Shown here in pieces: positions 1 through 11,339 of a stretch of DNA of 64,000 nucleotides. This stretch comes from Candidatus Marinacidobacterales bacterium. GTDB lineage: Bacteria; Acidobacteriota; Vicinamibacteria; Marinacidobacterales; DATDRI01. The position numbers and the translations under genes are program-made. Numbering within the stretch: position 1 is the first letter of the stretch; the number at the start of each line of letters is the position of its first letter. The notes under the pieces were generated by a model. It was not told where the DNA came from. It saw nothing but the letters and a program-made list of their open reading frames with translations, and did no database searches. The DNA lies in contig CBDCNP010000002.1 of the NCBI GenBank assembly GCA_965219415.1, positions 3,264,001-3,328,000 of the forward strand. Reading direction: 5' to 3'.

Positions 1-1225
1 TGTAGACCGGGGTTCGATCGGCGTTCGGGGGGCCCAGGTAAGTGTCGTAGTAGCCGACCGTCACCGGGTTTTTCGGATCCATCAAGCTGAAGATCTGGAG
101 TCCATCGAGGTAGCCGGATACGAAAACGTACGGCCACCGGATCTCGTGGTTATGGACGAGATTCTTCCAGTTGGCGGTCCATGCACCGATGGGTTGATTG
201 ATGTTCTTCACTTCTCCGTCGAGAGCCGGCTTCAGATCAAAAATGCGGAGCGGCGCGTATTGATACTCGGTCTCCGCCACAACGTAGCGCCCCTCCGACG
301 TGGGAGTGAAGGTATGACCGCTGCGAACGCCTCTGATTCCGGTCAACGAAACGACGAGCTGGGGCTCTTCGAGATCGGTGACGTTGTAAATGTAGTACCC
401 ACCCGTTCCGCCTCCGTAGAATCTGTCCTGGCCGGTATCCTTGTGGTAGCCGACGTAAAAGTCGTGGTAGCCCATCCGGCGTGCCAGAAAATTCGCAGCT
501 TCGCCTCCTCCCTCTCGCACCGGCCTGTACTGGTCGCCCGATGCGTCCGGCACCGGGACCTTAGCGACCAACATGTCGTCGTGGAAGCCTTCGACCACGT
601 ACCCTAAGTCATAGACGTGCGCGAACGGTCCGCTAACCGTTGTGAAGAGGAGCACGCGGCCATTGGTGTGCTTGTAGACGAAGATGTTATGGAATCCCTC
701 GGGAGTATCCGGCGCTCGGATACGGGCGACTTCCTTGACCTTGGACGGGTCGGGGAGGCCGGTCACGTCCAGAACGACGGCGCCGAGGTCGGCGTCCGGC
801 CCGCCTTGCCTGAATTGCAGGGACTGTACGACGTAATTGCGTCCCTTCCACTTGAAGTGCTTGACGTCCATCCCGCCCAGCCCCACATGGAGATCTTGGT
901 TCTCGATCCTCCACTCGTAGATCCGCTGGGGTTTGGCCGGATCGGAAATGTCGATAATGTCCATCCCCCGCTCGCCCTCGTCACCGTAGACCATGCGGCC
1001 CACATAGGCGTAGGGCCGGTCGAGCTCCTGCTCGACGTCGATATCGGAGACGTTGAGTCGGGGCCCGAGTGGCAAGTGGGAGATGACCTTGATGTTGGGG
1101 CTCCCCGGGTTGTCGGCCGTCCATTCTTCGGAATAGACGGCGGGAGTATTGGAAATGAAGACCAGCGAGAATGCGAAGGCAAGCGCCAGACCGCCCCCGG
1201 CTATTGTTCCCGATTTTTTTCTCAT
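1..1225 (-). CDS. Secreted LVIVD-repeat / choice-of-anchor-B-like beta-propeller protein, paralog 2 (3' end runs off window)
   Basis: ATG at 1225 gives MRKKSGTIAGGGLALAFAFSLVF..YSEEWTADNPGSPNIKVISH, near-identical to the mature part of 1222..2580; ATGA overlap with the upstream stop. Confidence 0.7.
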   Translation of the reverse strand, partial: MRKKSGTIAGGGLALAFAFSLVFISNTPAVYSEEWTADNPGSPNIKVISHLPLGPRLNVSDIDVEQELDRPYAYVGRMVYGDEGERGMDIIDISDPAKPQRIYEWRIENQDLHVGLGGMDVKHFKWKGRNYVVQSLQFRQGGPDADLGAVVLDVTGLPDPSKVKEVARIRAPDTPEGFHNIFVYKHTNGRVLLFTTVSGPFAHVYDLGYVVEGFHDDMLVAKVPVPDASGDQYRPVREGGGEAANFLARRMGYHDFYVGYHKDTGQDRFYGGGTGGYYIYNVTDLEEPQLVVSLTGIRGVRSGHTFTPTSEGRYVVAETEYQYAPLRIFDLKPALDGEVKNINQPIGAWTANWKNLVHNHEIRWPYVFVSGYLDGLQIFSLMDPKNPVTVGYYDTYLGPPNADRTPVY

Positions 1226-2580
1226 TGATCGTTTCCTTCCGGTCCGGCCGGTCCGGCCGGTCCGGTTTCCCAATCCTGCGCGCTCGAGACGTCGGGTACG
1301 CCCCAGTCCGAGCCTTTCCAACCTTGGAAACCATCCATGCGAAACACCCAAAACCCGGTGGTCATGTCGCTGACGACGATCAGGCCGTCGGCGTTGCGGA
1401 TGTCGACACCGAACGCTCCGTTGAAGACGGCAGTTCGATCGCTGTTGGGAGGGCCCAGATAGGTGTCGTAATAGCCGACCGTCACCGGGTTTTCCGGATC
1501 CATCAAGCTAAAGATCTGGAGCCCATCGAGATATCCGGAGACGAAAACGTACGGCCAGCGGATCTCGTGGTTGTGGACGAGATTCTTCCAGTTGGCGGTC
1601 CAGGCGCCGATAGGACGGTTGATGTTCTCCACTTCTCCATCGAGCGCGGGCTTTAGATCGAAGATGCGAAGCGGCGCGTATTGATACTCGGTCTCCGCCA
1701 CAACGTAGCGCCCATCCGACGTGGGAGTAAAAGTATGGCCGCTGCGAACGCCGCTGATCCCGGTCAATGAAACAACAAGCTGCGGCTCCTCGAGGTCGGT
1801 GACGTTGTAAATGTAGTAGCCACCCGTGCCGCCGCCGTAAAACCTATCTTGGCCGGTATCCTTGTGGTAGCCCACGTAAAAGTCGTGGTAGCCGCGCCGC
1901 TCGCGCGACGCATCCGGCAGGGGAACCTTGGCCACCAACATGTCATCGTGGAATCCCTCGACCACGTACCCTAGGTCGTAAACGTGCGCGAACGGTCCGG
2001 TAACGGTCGTGAAGAGGAGCACGCGGCCGTTGGTGTGTTTGTAGACGAAAATGTTGTGGAATCCCTCAGGCAGATCGGGGGCTCGGATGCGGGCGACTTC
2101 TTTCACCTTGGACGGGTCGGGGAGGCCGGTCACATCGAGGACGACGGCGCCGAGATCGGCGTCCGGTCCGCCCTGCTTGAACTGCAGTGACTGGACGACG
2201 TAATAGCGTCCCTTCCACTTGAAGTGCTTGACGTCCATACCGCCGGTGCCCAGATGGAGATCTTGGTTTTCAATCCGCCACTTGTAGATTCGCTTGGGAT
2301 TGGCGGGGTCGGAAATGTCGATGATGTCCATCCCCCGGTCTCCTTCGGTGCCGTAGACCATGCGGCCCACGTAGGCGTAGGGCCGGTCGAGCTCTTGCTC
2401 GAGGTCGATATCGGACACGTTGAGCCTGGGCCCGAGCGGCAAATGAGAGATGACCTTGATGTTGGGGCTCCCCGGGTTGTCGGCGGTCCACTCTTCGGAG
2501 TGGGCCGGCTGGGTTCCCGGAAGGAAGACCACGGCCAGCAAGAACATTGCGGACCCTGTGAGGGCACGGCGGAAAGTCAT
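1222..2580 (-). CDS. Secreted LVIVD-repeat beta-propeller protein, paralog 1
   Basis: 452 aa with signal peptide; repeats MDIIDISDPANP, VVLDVTGLPDP, YIYNVTDLEEP, LQIFSLMDPENP; HN/HD His motifs. Confidence 0.7.
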   Translation of the reverse strand: MTFRRALTGSAMFLLAVVFLPGTQPAHSEEWTADNPGSPNIKVISHLPLGPRLNVSDIDLEQELDRPYAYVGRMVYGTEGDRGMDIIDISDPANPKRIYKWRIENQDLHLGTGGMDVKHFKWKGRYYVVQSLQFKQGGPDADLGAVVLDVTGLPDPSKVKEVARIRAPDLPEGFHNIFVYKHTNGRVLLFTTVTGPFAHVYDLGYVVEGFHDDMLVAKVPLPDASRERRGYHDFYVGYHKDTGQDRFYGGGTGGYYIYNVTDLEEPQLVVSLTGISGVRSGHTFTPTSDGRYVVAETEYQYAPLRIFDLKPALDGEVENINRPIGAWTANWKNLVHNHEIRWPYVFVSGYLDGLQIFSLMDPENPVTVGYYDTYLGPPNSDRTAVFNGAFGVDIRNADGLIVVSDMTTGFWVFRMDGFQGWKGSDWGVPDVSSAQDWETGPAGPAGPEGNDQ

Positions 2581-2737
2581 TGGATTACCTCGCTAGGAAG
2601 CTAAAAAAATGGCTAGGCCCTCGAACCATGGGATTGCCATACTCAGGGCACCCAAACGACGGGATTGCTAAATCCCAACCTAGTCAGGCCTATTCTATAT
2701 GACGCATCGCCGTTCCAGAAGCGCCCTGCCTAGGGCA

Positions 2738-3798
2738 CTAGGGGGTCACCGGGGTCATCGGGTTCAGGGGCGGGGCGGCTGGGCCTTCCAGGCCTGTCGG
2801 TGGAGCGGGGGACTCGAGAAGCTCGCCGAGCTTCGGGTACTGCGTTCCGAAGAAGTGAAGCGCGTAGGCCTGGAAGAAGACCATCGCGGGCGCATAGACG
2901 AGCGCCATGAAAAGAGGATCACGAGAATGATGACGCCGCCGAGCACCGAGACCAGGGCGATGGTGACGGGGCTCCAGCTGATCCCCGCCGCCTGTCCCAC
3001 GAAGGCGGCGATGATGCCCGGGAACAGTACGGCGAGGAAGAGCATCAACGCCACCATGACATAGAGGATGGTGAAGAAGATGGCGCTGCCGAGAGCGAGT
3101 AGCGCTTTCATTACCACAAACAAGAGGTAGGCCGATTTGTTCACGCTCACCATCGGCCATAGCCGGCGCCAGTCTTCAAGCGCGCCAATGTTCTCGAGCG
3201 CCATCAGCGGGACGACCCAATCCTTCACTGCCAGCCCGGCCACGACGGTTGCGATGATGAGAGCCAGGAATGCGAAGAACAGGATGACGCCTCCGATCAC
3301 CAGGAGGACGATGTGCTCACCCGGCGCGTCAAAGACACCGGCTGCCCAGGCCAAGCCGGCCGGCACACCGAACAAGACAGTGAAGACGATCATCACGACG
3401 ATGGTGAATCCGATCCACCAAAGGAAGAGGCTGCGTCCCTGTTGTTGCCAACGGGCCCAACCCTCCGCGATCGAACATCGGTCGTTGAGAACGGAATCGA
3501 ACAGAATAAACCGGAACACGCTTGCGACATAGGTTAAGAACAACATCAGGATCATCGCCGCGACACTCGCGCCGATGATGATGGGGGCGGCCGGCGTTGA
3601 CGCCAGAAGCTCTCCTGAGGTGTCGCTCGGTCCGCTGGAGCCGGGAAAGTTGAAGCCCCCGCCCGCGAACTCCCAGGTCAGAAGAGATACGACACCGAGG
3701 CGAAGCCAATGGCCGAGACGGAAAGGCTTGAAGAGCTGTTTAATGGTTCGTTCGAACGCAGGGCCTATGGTATCGACCGCCTGCGAGGATGAGCCCAT
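2738..3798 (-). CDS. Multi-pass membrane protein (frameshift near 2905)
   Basis: Hydrophobic 344-aa ORF; its natural C-terminus (FFQAYALHFFG..Pro-rich tail) continues in the 2738..3160 frame. Confidence 0.6.
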
Positions 3799-3826
3799 GA
3801 AAAGATTATCTCATACGCGCAGCTCG

Positions 3827-5155
3827 TTATCGGATTCTCCAGCCGTTCACCGGCCCGCCGTGGAGAAACTTCTCCGGCTCCATCACGCCGTTTCGTTTGA
3901 AGATCAGCCCGTCTTTCATCACGAATTGGACGTTGCGGAGGGCATCGATGTCGTCCAGCGGGTTTCCCGGCACCGCGATGATATCGGCGGCTAGCCCCGC
4001 TTTGATCGGGCCTCGCTCGTTCTCGGTTTGAGAACACTTGTATCCGTTGATGGTCATCGCCTTGAGGATCTCGGGAGCTGGAATCCCGGCGGCCTTCCAC
4101 GTAAGGAGAAAGTCGATGGCCACCTCACCGCGACTCATGCCCGGGACGTAATAGTCGGCATCGGTGGAAAACGTGAGCGGAACCTTATTCTGGTAGGCGT
4201 TCTGGAGCCCGGCCACCGTCGCCTCGAACTCTTCCTGACTTCCGCGATAGGCGGTGAAGGGGGTTTCGGTTCCGGCGCGCCAGATTCCCTTCGCCGCCAT
4301 CTGCTTGTGAGTCTCGTCGTCGAGGGCCTCCGAGTGCGCGATGGACCAGATGCCCGCTTCGATGGCACGACGAGCCCCATCGGGGGTTTGTACGTGGCCT
4401 TCGACAACCATGCCGGCCTTCGCCGCCTCGTCGATAAAGAGCTTCATCTCGTCTACCGTGTATCCGTAGGGCTTGGAGTCCACCATGATCTTGATGACTT
4501 TGGCCCCAAAGAGGATGTTTTGGCGAACCGCCTTGACGATCTCATCGTTGGTGTCTGCGTCGAGGTACTCGGGGTAGACGATGTTGTGATCGAGCGCCAT
4601 CTCGGGCGTGGGCCAGAACTGCCCCCCCATTCCACCAATGATCAGGCCGGAGTTAATGATGGTAGGACCGGGCACCCAGCCTTGCTCGATGGCGACCCGG
4701 TGTGCGGTGTCCGCATAGTTCCCGGCGTTGCCCATGTCGCGGACGATCGTGAAACCCGAAGACAGCATCTGCATCCCGTTCGAAACGGCCTGGATGGCGC
4801 GTATCGGGGTGGAGTCGAGGACATAGGTTAGGTAGTAGACGTCGTTCTCGGGAACCTTCTTGTAGGTGAGCGCGAGGTGGTTGTGAGTGTCGACGAGTCC
4901 CGGGAGGACGCTGAGCCCCGATAGGTCGATCCATTCGGCTTCTCCAGGCACCAAAAAGTTTGCGCCCACCGCGCGGATCTTCCCGTTTTCGACGAGAATC
5001 ACCTGGTTTGCGGTCGAAGTTCCGGACTCAGGGTCGATGAGACGGCCGGCGCGGATGGCGGTGATTTGGGCGGAAAGGGGGATCGGGGCGTTTGCCAAAA
5101 TGATCGGCACGGCGAGCGCCAACAAGCGACTGCGGAGCGAGAGTCTATCTGACAT
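3827..5155 (-). CDS. Amidohydrolase family protein (secreted)
   Basis: AIRAGRLID, LPGLVDTHNH, GFTIVRDMG, FSTDA, G-IKAGLAADIIAVPGNP motifs. Confidence 0.9.
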   Translation of the reverse strand: MSDRLSLRSRLLALAVPIILANAPIPLSAQITAIRAGRLIDPESGTSTANQVILVENGKIRAVGANFLVPGEAEWIDLSGLSVLPGLVDTHNHLALTYKKVPENDVYYLTYVLDSTPIRAIQAVSNGMQMLSSGFTIVRDMGNAGNYADTAHRVAIEQGWVPGPTIINSGLIIGGMGGQFWPTPEMALDHNIVYPEYLDADTNDEIVKAVRQNILFGAKVIKIMVDSKPYGYTVDEMKLFIDEAAKAGMVVEGHVQTPDGARRAIEAGIWSIAHSEALDDETHKQMAAKGIWRAGTETPFTAYRGSQEEFEATVAGLQNAYQNKVPLTFSTDADYYVPGMSRGEVAIDFLLTWKAAGIPAPEILKAMTINGYKCSQTENERGPIKAGLAADIIAVPGNPLDDIDALRNVQFVMKDGLIFKRNGVMEPEKFLHGGPVNGWRIR

Positions 5156-5241
5156 CAGTCATCTCCTCATTAATAAAGACGAAAAAACAGAAAGAGGCTA
5201 TGCGGCGGTCATTATATAAGGAGCTTGTCTTTGGAGTACTG

Positions 5242-5823
5242 CTATGTGGAGGCGGGTCGGCGGGAGCGCCACGCCAGAAGCTTCCGCGCTAGGAGAACCA
5301 GGAGAAGCACCACCAGCGCGAACGCAATGACCGGCAGAACGATGGCCAGAATCGCAAACGCGAACGAGTTTGCTGCTTCCACGGTCGAGACGATCGGGTT
5401 CGCCAGCCCTCCGGTTGTGAGGGTCGACGCGTGGCGGATGGCGGTGGTCGCGGTCTGGACGATGCCGGCTACCCCGCCACCGCCGATGGCGGCCAAGGTC
5501 CATTTCAGGAACGGGTCGACGTCGGTGAGAGCGGACGCGGTAACGATGGTTCCCGCGACAACGGCCGAGGGAGCGGCAAGCGTGTCGAGGAGGTTGTCCA
5601 CCCACGGGATGTAATAGGCCGCGATCTCGAGGATGGTTGCGGCGGCGAACGCTACCAGCGCGGGAGTCGTCCCGATCCACTGGAAGCCGCCACCGAGCTC
5701 CAAGTACCCACTGTGGGCCGCGATGCTCATGATGAGGAAAGGGACGAAGACCCGAAAGCCGCATGCGGCCGCGAGGCCCAAGCCCACGAAGAGGCTGGTG
5801 AGCGTCCCCATCGAGAATTCCAT
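5242..5823 (-). CDS. DUF4126-like membrane protein
   Basis: GLGLAAACGFRVFVP, EIAAYYIPWVDNLLD, STLTTGGLANPIVSTVE. Confidence 0.8.
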   Translation of the reverse strand: MEFSMGTLTSLFVGLGLAAACGFRVFVPFLIMSIAAHSGYLELGGGFQWIGTTPALVAFAAATILEIAAYYIPWVDNLLDTLAAPSAVVAGTIVTASALTDVDPFLKWTLAAIGGGGVAGIVQTATTAIRHASTLTTGGLANPIVSTVEAANSFAFAILAIVLPVIAFALVVLLLVLLARKLLAWRSRRPAST

Positions 5824-5925
5824 CCTTACATTATATAGGAGTCTTCAGCCCGCGCGCAGTCGCCTGCCGACGTAGCGCGAGGCGTGGGGGTGGGGGCCCC
5901 GCGCCACTGAGTTAAGATAGCGTCA

Positions 5926-7240
5926 ATGAAACGACTTGGGGTCATCCTTAACTACTGCCATGGTCGCTTCGTGCTCTCCCAGGGAGGAGCAAGCGAAGGA
6001 ATCCCCTACAATGGAAGCTATGAATCAGGTTGCCGAAGATTATGTGAAGCTGGCGCTGGCGATGGGGCCGCACGACGCGGACTACGTGGATGCCTACTAT
6101 GGACCGGAGGAGCTGAAGGCGGCCGGCGAGGCCGAGTACACCGATCTCGATGCCATTCGGAACAAGGCAGGGAGTGTGCTCGAGGAGCTCCAGACGATAG
6201 ACGTTTCTCGGAAAGAGGAGATGATCGGGCTCCGCCATCGATTCTTGACCCTTCAGCTTCAGTCTCTCGTCGCCCGCGCCCGGATGTTGGGTGGCGAACG
6301 GCTGACCTTCGACGAGGAGTCGCAGGCGCTCTACGATGCCACCGCTCCGACCTATCTGGAGTCTTACTTCCAGGTCACGCTCGATCGGTTGGGTGAAGTC
6401 CTTCCCGGGACCGGCTCCCTGGTGGAGCGTTACGAGGCGTTTCGAGGCCAGTTTTTGATCCCACCCGACAAGCTCGATACGGTCTTCCAAGCCGCCATCG
6501 CGGAGTGCCGCACGCGAACCGCGCCTCACATCGAGCTTCCCGAGGGCGAAAACTTCCGCATCGAGTACGTCACCGACAAGAGCTGGTCTGGCTACAATTG
6601 GTACGAAGGGAACTACCAGAGTCTCATCCAGGTGAACACCGATCTCCCGACCGCCATCGATCGCGCCGTCGACCTGGCCTGTCACGAGGGCTATCCCGGC
6701 CACCATGCCTACAATGTAATGCGAGAAAAGCATCTGGTGAACGATCGAGGCTGGGTGGAGTTCACCGTCCAACCCCTGTTCTGCCCGATGGGCCTCATTT
6801 CGGAAGGCACCGCTAACTACGGGATCGAAGTCGCGTTTCCCGGCGAGGAGCGTATCGCCTACGAAAAAGAGACGCTCTTTCCACTCGCCGGCCTCGATCC
6901 TGGAGAAGCCGAGCTCTTCTATGAAATCGAGTCCCTCATGGGAGATCTCTCCTACGCAGGAAACGAAGCCGCCCGGCGCTATCTGAACGGCGAAATCGAC
7001 GCCGACGAAGCCGCTCGATGGCTGGTCCGTTATGCCCTATCGACGCCCCCGCGTGCCCAACAGAGAATTCGTTTCATCGACCAGTACCGGAGCTACGTGA
7101 TCAACTACAACTTGGGAAAGGATATGGTCGCCGACTACATCGAGGGTCGGGGCGGTACGGAAGACAACCCAGCGAAACGTTGGCGGGAGTTTGAGGACTT
7201 GCTCTCCTCACCGCGAGTGCCCTCCGGACTGAAAGAATAG
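5926..7240 (+). CDS. DUF885-like metallopeptidase-type lipoprotein
   Basis: CHEGYPGHH and SEGTANY motifs; start MKRLGVIL at 5926 joins the 5936 frame (lipobox-like VASC) via a probable 1-bp indel. Confidence 0.65.
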
Positions 7241-7318
7241 TCCCCCCGCTGAACCTTTTTCAGTCTTTCCTCGTCCAAATTAAGGGAGAGGGTTTGAATC
7301 CCGCCCTAGGAGTGAACC

Positions 7319-9785
7319 ATGTCCGATCTCAAACGTGATCTCGCTTACGCCGTCCGCATGCTTTCCAAGGGCAAGGGAACCACCGCCATTGCCGTGCTGA
7401 CCCTGGCACTCGGCATCGGAGCCAACACTGCTATTTTCAGCGTCGTCACCGGTGTCTTGACGCGGACCCTGCCTTATGAGGACTCCGAGCAGTTGGTTTA
7501 TCTTTCGGAGAACAGCGCTCAGATGCCGCTAATCTCCGTCAACCCGATGAACTTTGAGGACTGGCGCGAGCAAAACGAAGTCTTCTCCAAGATGGCTATT
7601 TACCGGGGCGGCACCCTCAATTTCATTAGTGACGGCGAGCCGGAACGGCTGGAAGTGCTCCAAGCGTCATCGGAGCTCTTTGCCGTTCTAGGTGTGACCC
7701 CTGTTTTCGGCCGTACTTTCTTGCCCGAAGACGATCGACCGGGAGCGGGACGGGTGACCCTCTTGAGCTTCGGATTTTGGGAGCGTCGCTTCGGCTCCGA
7801 TCCAGAGATCGTGGGACGTGTAATAAGGCTCGATGGGGAAAGCTTCACGGTGGTTGGCGTGTTACCACGTTCTCTCGAGGGCGAGTTGCTGAAGTGGTAT
7901 CTGACCGGAGATCTGTGGGTGCCCTTGTGGCTCTATCGTGACGAGCTGCCTCCCGGCCGACAAGGCGGGCCGGGCACTCTCGTGGCGGCGCGGATGGAGC
8001 CCGGGATCGACGTAGCGAGGGCCCGGGCGGATATGGATACAATTGCCTCGCGACTTGCCCAGGAATATCCCGACACCAACGAGGGCAAGGGCGTCAACGT
8101 GGTGTCGTTCCAAGAAGAAGAGATCGGTGCCATTCGCCCGGCGCTTCTCACGGCGATGGTGGCGATCGGGTTCGTTCTGCTCATTGTCTGCGCCAATGTG
8201 GCGAACCTTCAATTGACGAGAGCCTCGGGCCGCCGAAAGGAGATCGCGATACGTTCGGCGCTGGGCGCAGGGAGGTCGATCCTCATTCGCCAGCTTCTCA
8301 TCGAGAGTACGGTGCTCGCTTTGTTCGGAGGGATCCTCGGAACACTCGCCGCCGCTTGGGGTGTTCGCTTGATGGCGGCGGCGCTTCCCAGTTGGGCGAT
8401 CCGACCCGAGATCCTTGCCTTGGACATCGGCGCTCTTTGGTTTGCGCTAGCCGTCTCTATCTCGACCGGAATCTTCTTCGGGATGGCGCCGGCGCTGCAA
8501 GCCTCCAAAACCGATCTGCGCGAAGTGATGGGAGAGAGTGGTCGATCGTCGGCGAGCCGGGGTCGGCTTCGCTTGGGAAACCTGCTCGTGAGTGGGGAGG
8601 TTGCGGTGGCGCTCGTGCTCTTGATCGGCGCGGCGCTCATGATCAAGAGCTTTGTCGCTCTCAGGAGCGTCGATCCAGGGTTTCGCCCCGAGGGTGTGGT
8701 GACGATGCAGATCACGCTTTCGCCGGGGAAAGTACGAGCAAGATTTTCGGTGGCAAGATTTCTATCGAAATCTGGTGAATCGTGTCGAGGAGCTGCCAGG
8801 GGTGGAGGCGGCGGGCATCAGCACACTCTTACCGCTCGCCGGACCGAGTAACGAGTCCATTGTTATTGCGGAAGGAGAGCCGCTTCCCAAGAGCATCGAT
8901 GAAGTCAGAAGCGTCCTCTGGGAGATGGTGAGCGCAGACTACTTTCGAACGATGGGCATCCAGTTAATTCGGGGGCGCGGTTTCACCGATGGGGATAGCT
9001 CCGATACACCGCGCGTGGCGGTCATCGATGAGAAAATGGCCGAGACTCTTTGGCCGGGTGAAGATCCGATCGGAAAACGCCTCGCCTTCGAGTTCGAGCG
9101 ACACGATCTTCGGGATCCGGGACCTATCTTCCGCGAGGTCATAGGTGTGGTGCGGCATGTGCGACACTATCGCTTGGAAGAGGATTCCAGAGTCGAGGCT
9201 TACGGGCCCTTTACGCAGGTAAATACCGGTGACTCGGGGGCATGATGAGGATGTCGTTGGTGGCGCGAACCCCCGGGGATCCTCTCGACCTGGTGGGCCC
9301 CATCCGCGGCGAGATCTTGGCGCTAGATCCCCGAACAACCGGTCGATTCCATCTGCACCATGTCCGCGATCGTAGCCAACCACTGGGCTCGAGCGCAGAT
9401 GGTGTCGCGGCTCCTGGGAGCCTTCGCCGCCGTGGCAATGTTACTCTCTGCGATTGGCCTCTACGGTGTGATCGCTTACTCGGTCAGCCAGCGAACCCGC
9501 GAGATTGGAATCCGCATGGCGTTGGGAGCTGGACGCCGACAACTATTAAGGATGGTGGTGCGCCAAGGGCTGAAGCTGGTCTTGGCTGGGGTCGCCATCG
9601 GGGCGGTTTCTGCGCTCGGTCTGACCAGGCTCTTGTCCAGCATGCTCTACGGTGTGGTACCTCATGACCCGGCCGTCTTCATAGGCCTTTCTCTTTTCCT
9701 TGTGGGCGTCGCCTTGGTGGCGACGATTCTTCCCGCCCACCGAGCGACCCGAGTGGACCCTATGGTGGCGCTACGGTACGAGTGA
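7319..9785 (+). CDS. ADOP-family ABC permease (frameshifts near 8727, 9235, 9335)
   Basis: [79 protein letters not shown] spread over 4 ORFs. Confidence 0.88.
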
Positions 9786-9985
9786 GCGAATCAACTCGCT
9801 GTGCTAAAACAAGTTAGCGAAACCTACACCGGCCGAGGTTGCACCGGGCGCCTGGCTGAACTAGAATACGTTTTCTAGCTCTCGGAAGACCCTCGCGACG
9901 AGTTTATCGGCCTGGCCCAACGACGGAGGTCTCGGCTATTGATCCTCGGGTCAGGCAACCCGTTCGGATTAAGGGAGGTCAAGTT

Positions 9986-10258
9986 TTGTCAAACCGTAGT
10001 CGACAAACGTTCCTCAAGCGCCAAAAAGAGCTCCAGCGGCAGGAACGGCAGCGGGCAAAGAACGAAAAACGTACCCAGCGTCGCACAGCCGAAAAGGACA
10101 AGCCGCAGCTAGCGGGCGGCGGCGACGATCCGGACATCGCTGGAATCGTTCCCGGACCGCAGCCATTGCCGTGGGACATCGAAGAAGAAGAGGCGGTCGA
10201 GGAATCGACGGAGGAAGCAACGGAGGAAGCCAAAGCGGAAACCGCTTCACCGGAATAA
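9986..10258 (+). CDS. Small hypothetical protein (basic N-terminus, DPDIAGIVPGPQP, acidic tail)
   Basis: RBS AAGGGAGG upstream of TTG; 90-aa ORF. Confidence 0.6.
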   Translation: MSNRSRQTFLKRQKELQRQERQRAKNEKRTQRRTAEKDKPQLAGGGDDPDIAGIVPGPQPLPWDIEEEEAVEESTEEATEEAKAETASPE

Positions 10259-10414
10259 CCTCCTCGCTCTTCGTATAATTGCCTAGGCGATCCGCCTTCG
10301 CCGGCACCCCTCTCTCCGCGACTTTACCAAAGCCGAGAATCTCGCAACTCCACTCTATTCTGAAACCCTGTCTCCGTATTAGAATAACCTGCCCTTTTCG
10401 AGGAGGCTGCGGCG

Positions 10415-11212
10415 GTGGCGATTGAACGGACCGAGTTGGTTCGACTACTGGAGGAAGCCCTCTTCTTGATGCCGACCGATCGCGCCGACATTGCGGAGCT
10501 CGGAATTCCTGGTGTGCGTGGCCGCATGACACCCATCTCCCATCCCATGGCGAATCTCGTGGGGAGCGTCCCGCGAGCCGAAGAGTTATCCGATGCCACC
10601 ATCCAAGAAGTCGTGGAGCGCTTCCGAGCTGAAAACAAGTCGTTCGGTTGGGTAACTGGTCCGCTGTCGCCGGAAGGGCTGGAGCGCCAGCTCATCGGCA
10701 ATCGCCTGGTCAGGATCGACGAGTTCAGCGGTATGGTCCTGTCCGATCTTGGCAAGCCGATCGTAACCCGCCCCGGAGTGCGAGTGGTCGAAGTATCTGT
10801 CGAGGAGCGTGACAAGTTCCAAGCGCTCTTGTCGATGGCATTTCAGCTTCCGCCCGACGTCGCAGCATTTATGTCCGACGTCTTGTACTTCAACCCCTCG
10901 CATCTCAAGGTGCGGAATTATTTCGCCTTCCTTGTGGGCGTGGATGAACCGGTTGGCCTAGGCAGTACGATGTACATGCCCGATTCGTCAGTGGTCTTGT
11001 TGGCAGGCTCGGCGACGCTCGCCGACTACCGCCACCGCGGAGTCTATCGTGGGCTGGTGGCGCGACGGGTGGACGATGCTAGGAAAGACGGTGTGGCGGC
11101 GGCTATCATCCAGGCGGCGCGAACCACGTCGGCTCCGATCTGCCAGAAGATGGGTTTCGCTGAGGTCTGCCGGCAAGCGCTCTATATGTGGGAGCCCGAC
11201 GTCCCCGCCTAA
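10415..11212 (+). CDS. GNAT-family N-acetyltransferase
   Basis: ATLADYRHRGVYRGLV acetyl-CoA motif A; SAPICQKMGF. Confidence 0.8.
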   Translation: MAIERTELVRLLEEALFLMPTDRADIAELGIPGVRGRMTPISHPMANLVGSVPRAEELSDATIQEVVERFRAENKSFGWVTGPLSPEGLERQLIGNRLVRIDEFSGMVLSDLGKPIVTRPGVRVVEVSVEERDKFQALLSMAFQLPPDVAAFMSDVLYFNPSHLKVRNYFAFLVGVDEPVGLGSTMYMPDSSVVLLAGSATLADYRHRGVYRGLVARRVDDARKDGVAAAIIQAARTTSAPICQKMGFAEVCRQALYMWEPDVPA

Positions 11213-11226
11213 AATGGTCTCTTCGT

Positions 11227-11333
11227 CCTTTACCCCCTCTCCCTTCCGCCTTCGCTGAAGCTTCGGCGGACCCGCCGAAGTCCTTGGAATAAGAGCGGAC
11301 GGAGGCGGGTTGGGAGAGGGCCGGGGTGAGGGT
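11227..11333. repeat. Nested REP-like palindromic repeat between convergent genes
   Basis: CCCCCTCTCCC...GGGAGAGGG outer stem enclosing CCGCCTTCGCTGAAGCTTCGGCGG and TCCGCC..GGCGG stems. Confidence 0.55.
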
Positions 11334-11339
11334 GGTCCC

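Noticed and set aside
5846-5912. GC-rich palindrome between divergent genes
   Set aside because: Probably a REP-like repeat, but single copy in this window and not supportable
9840-9985. Possible riboswitch or structured leader before the small protein
   Set aside because: No recognisable consensus; would need an Rfam search
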